Of a stretch of DNA of 64,000 nt, positions 34,823-44,899 are shown piece by piece; position 1 is the first letter of the stretch; each line of letters opens with the position of its first letter. This DNA comes from a virus, in IMG/VR virus record IMGVR_UViG_3300017991_000051, positions 64,001-128,000 of that record. One strand, 5' to 3'. The notes beneath the pieces were generated by a model, which was not told the origin of the DNA, did no database searches, and saw only the letters and a list, made by a program, of their open reading frames with translations. The position numbers and the translations under genes were made by a program.

Positions 34823-37378
34823 CTACACTGCCTCGCCGCCACCGTTTTCTTGGCGCGTACCGTGCTCTACCGATTCACCGTTTCCGGTATTCTCACCAGT
34901 ATTTTTTTCCTCTTTCTCCGTACGAACGATGACGGTTACGCTATGGGCAACATCGCCGCCGACCTCTCCCTTCGACTTTCCGACATCGACATTTACAGTA
35001 ACATTCCGGGCGGTAATATCGGCGTTCTCGGCGTCGACCTTGGTCATCTTCTCCTCGCGAGACTTCTCATCAACCGTTTCCTTCAACGCCTTTTCGATTT
35101 CCCCTAGCTCTTCCTTACGCTTCTGAACCTGCGCCTTCTCGGATTCCGTCAGCTCCTCGCCGCGCTCCATCTTCGCCCGCAACTCTGGCGTCATACCCGA
35201 CAGTATTTCTTCGATGCGCTGACGGGCTTGACGGCCCCGCTTGAGGACCCGACGCCGACGCGCAGCGGAAATGTTCGGATCCTTCAGCTCGACCATCGCC
35301 TGCGCCATGATCTGCCCTTCCTTGAAGATCGTTTCAAACTCGGTTCCGAACTTCTCCATCTGTTCCTTGGTCGGCGCACCCAACCACTTACCGAGTGTCT
35401 CCTTGAAGCTGCGCTTCCGGACTTTGCCGGTCTTTGGATCTATATCCGGTGTCATGAAGTCCGTGATCATATTCCGGAGAATAGTGTCCGTCCCCAATGC
35501 TTCCTTCATCAGATCCGAAGCACGCATCATCGCATCCACTTGTATCGTTCTGCTGCGTGCAACCGCACGCGCACGCCTACCGCCAAGAATCTCGTAAAAG
35601 CCGCCCTCTTGTTCAAGCACGCTGTAAGTTGTAGTATATATGTCGGCAGCTGCTTCGCGCAGTTGTTTGTCGCCAGCAGTAACGCCACCTCCCGCGGCAC
35701 GTGCCATCGCAGTAGCCATAGCTTTATGTGCCGCTTCTACGTCAGTTAGGTCGCTGATACCTTGAAGCGCTTTAAGCGCGGCTGCTGCCATCCGCTGACC
35801 CCGCGGGCCGCGAAACTCTCCACCCATCCTACGGCCGATAACGCCGCGCAGTCTCGGAACAATTTTCTTATTGAACAGTTCCTGCTCTTGAACGTCCAGT
35901 ATCTGTTCGGACATATAGCGACTATACATCTCTTGGCCGCCGCGTGTTAGTTTCGTCATTGCTGTAAATGCTTCTTGTCGTCCGACACCTATTGTACCTA
36001 ACAGCCCCGCCGTACCCGCCATTCCCTCCGGCCCGAAAGCACGAAGAACGCCGGCTGGATCCCTTCCAGTCTCTACATCGCGCATCAGTTGCCGTAGTTC
36101 GCGCGATCCGCCCATTCGGCGCACCATTTCGCTCGGGCTCATACCCTCAACATTTATGCCCTGCATACGCGCACGCTCACGTATAACATTCATAACCCCG
36201 CCGGTGGCGATACCTACTCGTGACGCAGCGCCCAATAACATACGCTGGTTCATCATCCCCTGCAGTTCGGTGGCATTCCTCATACCAAAATACTGTTGTC
36301 CGCCTCGAGCCTCCACGTGTCCCAGACCAACTTGCGTCGCTCTAATCGCTAAATCGGCGCCCATTGACGGTACTAAACCTAAATGACGCGCCGCTTGCGC
36401 ACCATACTGCATCGTACCGAGCAAAAACTCTGTGGCAATCCCAGCACCCAGTTGGAGACCGCGGACCCGGTTCATGAGCGACGTCAACTGACCTGCCCCC
36501 ATCTGCGTCACGCCGCCCTGCGTAGCCTGATCCAGATCGTTTAGAAGCTGGGGTATCCCCTTATCACGGCCGAAGAGGGCCTTCATCGGCTCTATGAGGT
36601 CCTTATAGCCCTTTATGCGCCTCTCAATGCGCCTGACGGTACTCCTGAAGGTATCGACGTTCTCCAGCCCCTCCATACGGCCGGGGAGTAGCCCTCGCAT
36701 ACCAAGCCCCTGTACGAGGCCGCCGACATCGGACGCCAACATGGTTGAGCCCGGACCTGTAAACGTCTCCGCCAACTCTCCCGATACACGTCGCGATAGA
36801 TGACCCCAGTGTGCGAGCGGACCCGCGCCGGCCATACCGCGCAGGCCTAAGAAGACGCCCTGACCTATCGTCTGCTGCGCCCGGCCAGGAATATTCTGAA
36901 GTGCCCGCTGCCAGTTTTCGGGCATCAACTGCTCGAACATGGCAAGCGGACCGCCGAGAAATTCGCTGATCTGTTTGGCTTCATCGCGTTGACGCTCGGC
37001 CACCGACTTTGGAATCTCCCCCGGCCCGTATTGCGTGCGGTACTGCGTCTCCAACGCCTTCCGTATGGTTGCCTCATCGTAACGCCGGCGTACGTTCTCC
37101 GCAGCCCCAGGAACACGCTGCATCCCCATCGCCAAGCGCATCTGCTGCTGGAACGTCTGCCCCATGTAGGCCTCCATTGGACTCGTCGGGCCGAATACGA
37201 AGTTCGGCGGGAGTCCCATTTTCTCCAGTGCCGGACGCACCGCAAAGTGCTCGAGCATGGCCGAGGCCCACGCCGGAACACCGGGAATGGTGGGCATCGC
37301 ACCCATCTGAGGTGTATACGCCCCTCGGATAGGTATATAACTGCCCGGATGTGGGTAACTCATTCCGCCGTTTGGCAT
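34823..37378 (-). CDS. tape measure protein
   Basis: 851 aa, helical, Gly/Ala/Met-rich; follows the chaperone pair. Confidence 0.7.
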   Translation of the reverse strand: MPNGGMSYPHPGSYIPIRGAYTPQMGAMPTIPGVPAWASAMLEHFAVRPALEKMGLPPNFVFGPTSPMEAYMGQTFQQQMRLAMGMQRVPGAAENVRRRYDEATIRKALETQYRTQYGPGEIPKSVAERQRDEAKQISEFLGGPLAMFEQLMPENWQRALQNIPGRAQQTIGQGVFLGLRGMAGAGPLAHWGHLSRRVSGELAETFTGPGSTMLASDVGGLVQGLGMRGLLPGRMEGLENVDTFRSTVRRIERRIKGYKDLIEPMKALFGRDKGIPQLLNDLDQATQGGVTQMGAGQLTSLMNRVRGLQLGAGIATEFLLGTMQYGAQAARHLGLVPSMGADLAIRATQVGLGHVEARGGQQYFGMRNATELQGMMNQRMLLGAASRVGIATGGVMNVIRERARMQGINVEGMSPSEMVRRMGGSRELRQLMRDVETGRDPAGVLRAFGPEGMAGTAGLLGTIGVGRQEAFTAMTKLTRGGQEMYSRYMSEQILDVQEQELFNKKIVPRLRGVIGRRMGGEFRGPRGQRMAAAALKALQGISDLTDVEAAHKAMATAMARAAGGGVTAGDKQLREAAADIYTTTYSVLEQEGGFYEILGGRRARAVARSRTIQVDAMMRASDLMKEALGTDTILRNMITDFMTPDIDPKTGKVRKRSFKETLGKWLGAPTKEQMEKFGTEFETIFKEGQIMAQAMVELKDPNISAARRRRVLKRGRQARQRIEEILSGMTPELRAKMERGEELTESEKAQVQKRKEELGEIEKALKETVDEKSREEKMTKVDAENADITARNVTVNVDVGKSKGEVGGDVAHSVTVIVRTEKEEKNTGENTGNGESVEHGTRQENGGGEAV

Positions 37379-37390
37379 CGTCTCTGTCCT

Positions 37391-37921
37391 CTATCGTTTA
37401 CGCCGATTCGTACGCCTTAACCGGATCTCCCGCAGCAGCTCCTCACGCTTCTTGACCTCCGAGGCCTCCATCTTCTTCTGCTGCTCCCGTTCCAGCTTCT
37501 GCCGTTTCCTCGACTCTGCGTCCCGCTTAGCCCTCGCCTTCGCTTCCGGTGAGCTTGGATCACCGAACTTGGACACGTACTCTTCGCGCATACGCTGCAG
37601 TTCCGACTTGTAGTACTCCTTCTCATCCCATACGAGGTACGGGAACAGCGTCTTGCCGATCGTCAACAAGTGCCCGTTCGACGTATTGAAGTGAGACTGA
37701 TAAACTTCCTGTCCACCATCTACGTCCGGCCATACCGTCGTCGCCGCCTGCTGCAACTGCTTCCGCTTGAACAGCGCAAGTTTCAGCTCACGCTCCATGT
37801 CGTGAAGCATCAACCGCTCACGCACCAGCCAGCGGCTGTCGAAACTGTCAGCATCCTTATAGTTGAGCCGGCCGGTCGCCGACGCTCGAATCATTAAGTA
37901 GTTTCGCCGGCCGGCTTCCAA
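37391..37921 (-). CDS. tail assembly chaperone, second (T-like) ORF, probably expressed by -1 frameshift
   Basis: -1 frame relative to 37894..38721; opens just before G GAT TTT. Confidence 0.6.
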   Translation of the reverse strand: MEAGRRNYLMIRASATGRLNYKDADSFDSRWLVRERLMLHDMERELKLALFKRKQLQQAATTVWPDVDGGQEVYQSHFNTSNGHLLTIGKTLFPYLVWDEKEYYKSELQRMREEYVSKFGDPSSPEAKARAKRDAESRKRQKLEREQQKKMEASEVKKREELLREIRLRRTNRRKR

Positions 37922-38721
37922 AAATCCGCTTCTTCACTGTGCCGCAACAGCTCCACCGTCAACGACTCAAAACGTCGATGTGCGGCCATCAACGCCCCGA
38001 GGAAGCCCTCGTCCATCTCCCCCGTAATCCTATCGTGCGCCGTAAGGATCGGACGGGTGCCGTCCTCAGCCGGATACGCATCGGCGGTAATCAACGGGTA
38101 GGTCATGCTCTTCGGCGCCGTGTTCTCATCCAGTTGCCTGTCCAATCGCTCGAGACTACACACGAACATGAACCGCTGCATACGCGCGATATACGCCGGA
38201 CTCCCGAATGCCGGAGCCTCCGGGATCAACCCGTTCGAGATATCGTCGCCCAGCTGATTGAAAATCTCATCGTTCTCCTTCGTCAACCGCGTCCGGAACT
38301 TGACGGTGACACGACCACCGAGCAACTCAAATTCGCTGGAGAAACGCTCTTCTCCCAGCATATGCCGTAACCAACGCGTCTTCTCCTCATCCGTGGGGAT
38401 GATCGCCGCATTCGCGTAGATGTCGCAACCGCAGGCCGGACAGTGCGTAACCGGCTCCTTCGCCTCGTCGCCCGGCTTGTCGTCCTCTGGCTCACTATCC
38501 AGACTGACCGTCTTACCAACTTCAGGCCCCACCTCTTCCGGGGATACCTTGTTATCCGGCGCTTCCGCCCCCGGAGTAGCCACCTGAAGCCCGGGAATGG
38601 TCCGTGAACGGTCCTTTTCCGGCTCCTGATCTATCGCATCCGGTGTAAAGGGTTCTGCTGCCGGCGGCGACGGAAAATCGTCACCGGTGCTCTTCGTCGT
38701 CAGATCTGATTTCACTTCCAT
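37894..38721 (-). CDS. tail assembly chaperone (G-like)
   Basis: AGGAGG SD; VTVKFRTRLTKEND motif; ends ..ADFWK..; upstream of the tape measure. Confidence 0.65.
   Translation of the reverse strand: MEVKSDLTTKSTGDDFPSPPAAEPFTPDAIDQEPEKDRSRTIPGLQVATPGAEAPDNKVSPEEVGPEVGKTVSLDSEPEDDKPGDEAKEPVTHCPACGCDIYANAAIIPTDEEKTRWLRHMLGEERFSSEFELLGGRVTVKFRTRLTKENDEIFNQLGDDISNGLIPEAPAFGSPAYIARMQRFMFVCSLERLDRQLDENTAPKSMTYPLITADAYPAEDGTRPILTAHDRITGEMDEGFLGALMAAHRRFESLTVELLRHSEEADFWKPAGETT
37921..37927 (-). other. putative -1 ribosomal frameshift heptamer G_GAT_TTT
   Basis: In-frame GAT TTT codons; -1 frame has a TGA three codons upstream and is open for 176 codons downstream. Confidence 0.6.
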
Positions 38722-38735
38722 CGTCCTTCCTCCTC

Positions 38736-41513
38736 CTATGGTGTGGCGCTCGGCGCCGTTGAACCGTACTGCTTTGATATTAGATAATTTGTGCTCAAAA
38801 AGCGATACCGAAGTGACGTCTCAGTGTCATCGGCGTGCTTGTTGCGCACATCGTCATAGACCGGTACGTCGTCCTCCGTGTCCGCCCGGTCACGCGCTTT
38901 CGCGTCATCTTGACTCCAGAGTACCGTATCGCACTCCATATACTGCTGAGATTGCAACCACATCCGCTGTCCGGGGTGTGGCCGTGTGTATCGTACAGCG
39001 GCGTCTACAGCCACGCCCGGGATCTCAACCGTCGGCTCGTACCATACAAGGCCAATATCCTTCTGACGGTATACCTGCTGCCACCGCGTCTCCGAGATCT
39101 GGAAGTCGTCACCGAGTCCGTACTGGTCCTGATCCCGGCATGTGAAGCCCGCCACGGAGATGAACGTGGCATTCCCCTTGATACCCTGCTCGTAGATGTC
39201 CGTATAGTAGAAGTTCAGCATGCCCGGCAGGGTGTCCGGATCCCCCGGGTCGCCGGTCAGCCACTGGTTGTATTCCGTACTCCACGCACTTATCATACCC
39301 GCCAGCGTATTGCTCGGGTACGGGACAACGCCGTATACGACACCGATCGAACCTGATACGAACAGCCCGCTGGCCGCCTCCGTGGACGTGAGGCATACAT
39401 AGCGCGATTGGATCATGCACAGATGCGTACTGCTGAGGACCGTATTCTCCTTGTCGAAGCGGTTGACGATGGATCCAGAGAGGGTACTGCCGTCGCCCAC
39501 CTTCTGCCCGATGACGTCCGTGAAGCCCTGCTCCGAGTACCGGATGTACTGCTCGCCGGAGACGACAACCCCGCGGCTGGCCTCCTGTTCAATATGACCA
39601 CCGACGTCCTGGCCGCCTCCTTGCGTGTAGCTGATGGCCTTCGTATACACGTCGCGTCCGTACACCATCACCGGCGCATTCGGGGCCTTGATGACCATGC
39701 CGTAGGTATCCACGTCCTCACCCACCAGCGGATTACCCTGAGCATCACGGAACTTGAAGGTGCCTCCGAAGCCGTACACCGAGCGATTCTCGATAAACGT
39801 ACCGCCCACGACACCGCCGTTACCGGATAGCATGTGCAGGTTCCGCTCCGCTTTGACGCGCACGTCCGCATTCGCCGCCGTGATGTCCACGGAGCTACCG
39901 GCGCGCGCTATGAGGTCGTCAGGAGCCCACATGACGACGTTACGGCCCGGTTTGACCCATACATCGCCGGGCCCTGACAGGAAGATATTGCCCCCGCCCA
40001 TGTGGATGCTGCTGCCGTAACCGTCTTCGATGATAATCGATCCGTCTGGGAGCTGGCTGATGATGCTGCGTGAGTAGTAGTACCGGCTGCTTCCCGTCCG
40101 GTGGTCAATCTGCAGGTCCGCAAACTGCGGGAGCGGGAACCGGAAGGTGTCGGAGAGGGATTCGTCGGGCTGATACGCACCCGCCGGCGCGTCCTCATTC
40201 GCGAAGAATCCCTCTTCTGGGAGGTACCAATCGTTCTCGTGCGCTACGATCGGCTTCACACCGTACCAGTTGAACAGGTAGGCGTTGAAGTCGTACAGCT
40301 CCGCCAGCCACGCGTCGGGCTGCACGCTGCCGTCGATTTGCGACCACGCCCACGAGTTCTTCGTGTGCAGCGTAGCCGCCTCCTCCTCGTCCGTACCCCA
40401 GTAGCCTGACGGCTTGTAGTTGGTGGCCCCATCCCCCAATTCGTCAGACCCCTCCGGCGGCTCCAGTTGCTTTGGAACTGGAATGAAAATGTACTTCTCG
40501 TGGACGAGGCCGCGCGCGGACCGGACGGTGTACATGCCGTCCGTGTGCTTCTGAATGTCGAGAACCCCCGTGTAGTTCGTCCTGTTCAGGTACTGTTCAG
40601 TAAACGGGTCATCCGCCGTACCGCCCCACGCCTCCCCGTCGATCCTCGGGATGATAACCATCTTCCGCTCGGCGTCGCCGAGATACCCGCGAACACGCAT
40701 GAGCCGGGGGAGTATGAGCTGCCCCTGCCGCCGTGGCTCATACCACAGCTGCTTCTGACCCGGCTTGTACTGGCCTCCGTCAGTGATCTCCTCCATACTC
40801 GCCTGATCGGGTGCGAGCATACCCATGGCCTCCCACGGATACGGTGTGAACAAGTCGACATCATTGACCTCCCCCTCGTCGTTCTTGATCCACCGTTCTC
40901 CGCCGGAGTGCCAAAATTCGTAGTTGTAAGCCGCAAGCCGCGTCAGGTTGTCGAGGTAGAAGAACCACAGGCCGGCGATATCGGACGCCCGCATCCACGC
41001 GAAGAAGCGGCTCATACCGTAACCGACGCCCAGCTCGTTGATCAGTCCCGCGTCCGATCCGGGGACGGAATCCATTGGCTGGTTGACATTCCAGTCCTTG
41101 TACTGGTTGGCGAAGGTGACGGCTGGGTAGTGGTGGACGATGTCGTTCACGGAGTCCGCACCGGTGAACGGTGCGATCCAGTCGCAGACACGCCGCGCGT
41201 TGCTGCCGACGACGTCGGTCACGCCGCAGAGGATGTACCCAGGCGGCTCCAGTTTGTAGTTCTTCGCGCCGCCTGTTTGGTCGTAAGTGGTCCGAAGGGG
41301 TATGTACACCAGCACGAACGTGCCAGGCTCGTAGACGGCGAAATTGGAGGGTCCAAGGGGGTTGTATGAGCCGATGCTGGCACCGGCTATACATGAGATG
41401 GGGGCCTCCGCGCCCAGCCGGACATTGTACCAACGCGGTCCGGCCAACACGTCGACCACCTGCCCTATCGCCAAGTGTACAGGCGTTGGGCGAATGGTAG
41501 AAGGATCGGCCAT
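38736..41513 (-). CDS. baseplate central spike-like protein (gp5/VgrG-type)
   Basis: N-terminal OB-like (IGQVVDV...YEPGTFVLVY); beta-helix-like DGSIIIEDGYGSSIHMGGGNIFLS...VDITA...VRVKAERNLH. Confidence 0.65.
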   Translation of the reverse strand: MADPSTIRPTPVHLAIGQVVDVLAGPRWYNVRLGAEAPISCIAGASIGSYNPLGPSNFAVYEPGTFVLVYIPLRTTYDQTGGAKNYKLEPPGYILCGVTDVVGSNARRVCDWIAPFTGADSVNDIVHHYPAVTFANQYKDWNVNQPMDSVPGSDAGLINELGVGYGMSRFFAWMRASDIAGLWFFYLDNLTRLAAYNYEFWHSGGERWIKNDEGEVNDVDLFTPYPWEAMGMLAPDQASMEEITDGGQYKPGQKQLWYEPRRQGQLILPRLMRVRGYLGDAERKMVIIPRIDGEAWGGTADDPFTEQYLNRTNYTGVLDIQKHTDGMYTVRSARGLVHEKYIFIPVPKQLEPPEGSDELGDGATNYKPSGYWGTDEEEAATLHTKNSWAWSQIDGSVQPDAWLAELYDFNAYLFNWYGVKPIVAHENDWYLPEEGFFANEDAPAGAYQPDESLSDTFRFPLPQFADLQIDHRTGSSRYYYSRSIISQLPDGSIIIEDGYGSSIHMGGGNIFLSGPGDVWVKPGRNVVMWAPDDLIARAGSSVDITAANADVRVKAERNLHMLSGNGGVVGGTFIENRSVYGFGGTFKFRDAQGNPLVGEDVDTYGMVIKAPNAPVMVYGRDVYTKAISYTQGGGQDVGGHIEQEASRGVVVSGEQYIRYSEQGFTDVIGQKVGDGSTLSGSIVNRFDKENTVLSSTHLCMIQSRYVCLTSTEAASGLFVSGSIGVVYGVVPYPSNTLAGMISAWSTEYNQWLTGDPGDPDTLPGMLNFYYTDIYEQGIKGNATFISVAGFTCRDQDQYGLGDDFQISETRWQQVYRQKDIGLVWYEPTVEIPGVAVDAAVRYTRPHPGQRMWLQSQQYMECDTVLWSQDDAKARDRADTEDDVPVYDDVRNKHADDTETSLRYRFLSTNYLISKQYGSTAPSATP

Positions 41514-41554
41514 AGGTCGCCTTCCCTGCTCCTCATACTATTACTGTTGCGCGC

Positions 41555-41601
41555 GTGTAACGGCGGGGGCGTCCGTGAGGTGCGCCCCCGCCAACTTACA
41601 C
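41555..41601 (-). terminator. GC-rich hairpin after the tail tube gene
   Basis: GGCGGGGGCG/CGCCCCCGCC stem extended by GTGTAA/TTACAC. Confidence 0.55.
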
Positions 41602-41619
41602 GTCGATTTATCGACGGCT

Positions 41620-42054
41620 TTAGACGGTCAGATACAGATACGTTCCGCCCACACCCTCGTTGATGATCATATCATCGGATGTGACTGCAACGTTCACCGT
41701 GGCCGTCACGACATCGTGCAGGGTGTACTGCGCGCTGCCGCTGCCTGGATCACACAAGCCATTCTCACCACTGAATGACAATGTACCCGGGTTACACACG
41801 GTGTACTCTGCCAAGGAGCCTACGGACACGCCTGGGCCGGCGATCTTGCCGATACCCCACGTGCCGTTAGTATGGCCCGCGATGAAGAAACACTTGCCGG
41901 TCCCCAAATCCCAGATTCGGCTGAGTGCCTGCTCATAACCGATACTGATGTTCCGAACGATAGCCCCACCGGTGATACCGGAGAAGTTAACGGTCGTCCC
42001 CTCAGGCTGGAAGCCGCCGCCATATGCTAGATTGCGACCAAATATATCAGCCAT
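41620..42054 (-). CDS. tail tube protein
   Basis: 144 aa directly after the sheath; VRNISIGYEQALSRIWDLG tube pattern. Confidence 0.75.
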   Translation of the reverse strand: MADIFGRNLAYGGGFQPEGTTVNFSGITGGAIVRNISIGYEQALSRIWDLGTGKCFFIAGHTNGTWGIGKIAGPGVSVGSLAEYTVCNPGTLSFSGENGLCDPGSGSAQYTLHDVVTATVNVAVTSDDMIINEGVGGTYLYLTV

Positions 42055-42074
42055 TATTCATCTCCTTCTGCTAC

Positions 42075-44876
42075 TTATACCACCAAGTGGACTTCCACGT
42101 TGTTCAGTGGCTCCGGCAGATCCAGATCCAACACGATCACCACACGGTCATGCAGTGTCGGATGTCGCTGGATGCTGACGATGTCTCCGCTAATCAGCTG
42201 ACCACCCACGGTCGGCAGATTAGAATTGTTCACCAAGTAATCGATCGCATCGGTGATTTCAGCGCGCAGCTGGTTCATGGTCTGCTCCGTCACATTGGAG
42301 ATACCAATGTACGGTGCCACCTGCGCGAGGATCACGTAGCTGATCGAATCCAAGTTGGCGCTGATCATTTCCTCCCTGCTGTTGAGATCGGTCATGTCCG
42401 TTGTAAGGTCGTGTCGGACATAGATCTCGCCAGCTGGGGATTCGGTGACGATGCATGTACCGGAAGCGGCCATTGTATCCAGCTCGTCTTCCGTGAACAT
42501 CTCGGTCGTCCGCTCGACGGAGTCGACGCCGGCGACTGCAACGTTGGTCAGGCTCCTCTGAGGGGCCGTACCGGACCGCAAACCCGCGAGGGCCGCTGCC
42601 AGGTAGAAGCCAGACACCAGATCGGTGCCGCTCTCGAAGTAGTCAGGCCAGACGTTGGACACACGCCGGTTCGAGAAGTGTGCGCTGCCGGCTGCAACCG
42701 CGGCCGCCATCTCGGCGTCGCTGAGGTCGCGCCAGATCTCGATCTTGGCTGCGACACTGATCGGGGACGATGGACCGGTCAGGAGCCGGACGCTGTCCTC
42801 CGACAGTACGGCATCGATCGTGTACTCGCTGTACGTCACGTTCCCGAAACCGTCGGTGGAGTACTGTGCCCGGACCTTGTCGCCGGCAATCACACCCGCC
42901 GTGATGATATCGACGTCGGTCGTGATCTCCACCAGCGTGTACTGCAGTCCGCTTGTGCCCGGATCGTCGGTGATCGTCGCGAGGACGGGGTCGCCGCTCG
43001 AATCCGCGGTCACGATCCCGCTCTCTTCCGCCAGCTCCGTGGATGTCCACATACGCCGCCAGCGACCGAACTCTGCGGCGCTCATGGCGTCACAGTGAGC
43101 TGCCACCGCGTCGTGGATAGCGGTCGTGAAGGTCATCGGCACGAGGCCGTGCACGTCGTTACGCTGCGTCAGCTTGCCCAGCGCGGCGTTGTAGCCCGCC
43201 AGATCGTCGGTTGGCACGCAGATGTACTTGACGTCCGTCCCGTTCGAATTCAGGAGGGCCATGTACACACCGTACGCAACCGGGTTGTCGACCGACAGCG
43301 TACCGAGCGCTGCTGCGAGGGCGCTGGTGAGGCTGATGGTGCCGACGGCAGTGCAACAGCCTTGCAGGAGAGCCCTGTAATAGACCCATGCATCCCCGCC
43401 CTTTACTGGGAGAGGCAGCATGACACCGTCGTCGTCCACCCACGTCGAATCGTAGGAGAGGATGCCGTCCGCCAGGCAGATCTCTGTGGCGGAGGTCGTC
43501 CAGTTGACGATAGGTGCGAAGCCGGTCCGGTCTTCCGGCACCTCGATATCCTTCTGGATATACAGAGTAACGGAGAGGTCGGGCACCGTCGCACATACGC
43601 CGGCGTCGTTCAGGCCGATAAGGTCGTCAGGCAGGTTGTGACCGAGCACCAGCGTCCGGATAGCACCGGCTGCTGGAGCCGTAACCGGAATGTAGTACCT
43701 GTCGCCCCTGTAGAGACCTTGGCCGGCCCCGATAAGCGATGTGAATCGGATCGTGACCCCGTAGGAGCCGATCGCAACATTCGTGTCCAGTGCGGCCACG
43801 GAATGCGGTCCGCTGGAGTCGATACCGGTTGTCGTCGAGATGGTGACCTGCGGGGTGCTCGCACCGCCGAACATACCACCTGTGGTAACCTCGATGACGT
43901 ACGTGGTGTCGGAGGGCCCACTGTAGGTACCGCCGGACACAGGATCCACGTCCACGGCGCCGAAGTTGACCGTCAGTTCCCACTTCATACCGTCGACGAA
44001 GATGTCCGCGCCTGCACGGGTCCACGTCACGCTGAGGCTCTTGTTACCGAACGGCGTCGCAACGCCCCAGTCGTTTGGTGTCAGTTCCGCCGTATCATCG
44101 GTACCGCTGGCGCTCGTCACACGGATAATCGCATCCGCCGGCGCGCCGCCGACAATGACTTCCAGCGTATACTCATCGGATTGAACACCGTCAATGTATC
44201 CCTGCTCCGGATGGTCTGGGGGAGTCGCCGCATCCGTGATGTCCACGGAATTGCCGGCAAAGCCGATCTTGTCGATGACGATGGAGGGGTTGATAGACGA
44301 AGATTCGTCGAGAGGTGCGGATTCGTTGTTCGGATCCTCTACGGCATCCCCAACAACACCGGGGATCTCGTCGGCCATGAAACCGGCCACGTAGGTCCAC
44401 AGTGTCACGGTCTCGGCGCCGATGACGGCTTCCACCTTGGCGATATCGCCGACGGTCACGTCACGGTTGCGGAGGGCCGCAGCGCGCGCGTACGCGCCGG
44501 AGGTCACCCAGTTGGTGTTCGCAGCCCGAATGGCGTTCTTGACTTGAGGATCACCCACCACGTCGGGCAGGTTGCAGAAAGTAGCTTGGATTTCATCGCC
44601 GGTACTGGCTGGGTTGTGGAAGTACTGGAGCAGCGCGTCATCAATAAACACCCGGGTCCAGTCCTGATCCACCACCGCGCCCGCCGAACGATTCGGCCAG
44701 CTGTAACATGTTTCGGAGTTCGGATCGTACTCTCCGAGTGCTCCCTGTGCAGCAGTCGTCACCAGCTCATAATTCGGCCCTATGATACACGCCCGCAGCG
44801 GTTCCGTAATCGCCGTAGGCAACAGGGTGAACTCCTGGTAGACAAGTGCTTGTGGTACTACGTATGATGTAGGCAT
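42075..44876 (-). CDS. contractile tail sheath protein
   Basis: N-terminal YVVPQALVYQE; C-terminal YLAAALAG...SLTN...ELDTMAASG...VRHDLTT...PLNNVEVHLVV. Confidence 0.9.
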   Translation of the reverse strand: MPTSYVVPQALVYQEFTLLPTAITEPLRACIIGPNYELVTTAAQGALGEYDPNSETCYSWPNRSAGAVVDQDWTRVFIDDALLQYFHNPASTGDEIQATFCNLPDVVGDPQVKNAIRAANTNWVTSGAYARAAALRNRDVTVGDIAKVEAVIGAETVTLWTYVAGFMADEIPGVVGDAVEDPNNESAPLDESSSINPSIVIDKIGFAGNSVDITDAATPPDHPEQGYIDGVQSDEYTLEVIVGGAPADAIIRVTSASGTDDTAELTPNDWGVATPFGNKSLSVTWTRAGADIFVDGMKWELTVNFGAVDVDPVSGGTYSGPSDTTYVIEVTTGGMFGGASTPQVTISTTTGIDSSGPHSVAALDTNVAIGSYGVTIRFTSLIGAGQGLYRGDRYYIPVTAPAAGAIRTLVLGHNLPDDLIGLNDAGVCATVPDLSVTLYIQKDIEVPEDRTGFAPIVNWTTSATEICLADGILSYDSTWVDDDGVMLPLPVKGGDAWVYYRALLQGCCTAVGTISLTSALAAALGTLSVDNPVAYGVYMALLNSNGTDVKYICVPTDDLAGYNAALGKLTQRNDVHGLVPMTFTTAIHDAVAAHCDAMSAAEFGRWRRMWTSTELAEESGIVTADSSGDPVLATITDDPGTSGLQYTLVEITTDVDIITAGVIAGDKVRAQYSTDGFGNVTYSEYTIDAVLSEDSVRLLTGPSSPISVAAKIEIWRDLSDAEMAAAVAAGSAHFSNRRVSNVWPDYFESGTDLVSGFYLAAALAGLRSGTAPQRSLTNVAVAGVDSVERTTEMFTEDELDTMAASGTCIVTESPAGEIYVRHDLTTDMTDLNSREEMISANLDSISYVILAQVAPYIGISNVTEQTMNQLRAEITDAIDYLVNNSNLPTVGGQLISGDIVSIQRHPTLHDRVVIVLDLDLPEPLNNVEVHLVV

Positions 44877-44899
44877 CGTTTTCCTCCGTCAGATTTCCC

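Noticed and set aside
42024-44867. 947-aa + strand ORF
   Set aside because: Exact antisense shadow of the sheath gene, expected from GC-rich codon bias; His/Arg/Val-rich, no SD or motifs. The same applies to the many other shadow ORFs in the track.
28571-44876. Extracellular contractile injection system, tailocin or T6SS
   Set aside because: Capsid, scaffold, neck and terminase genes are present, so this is a true phage
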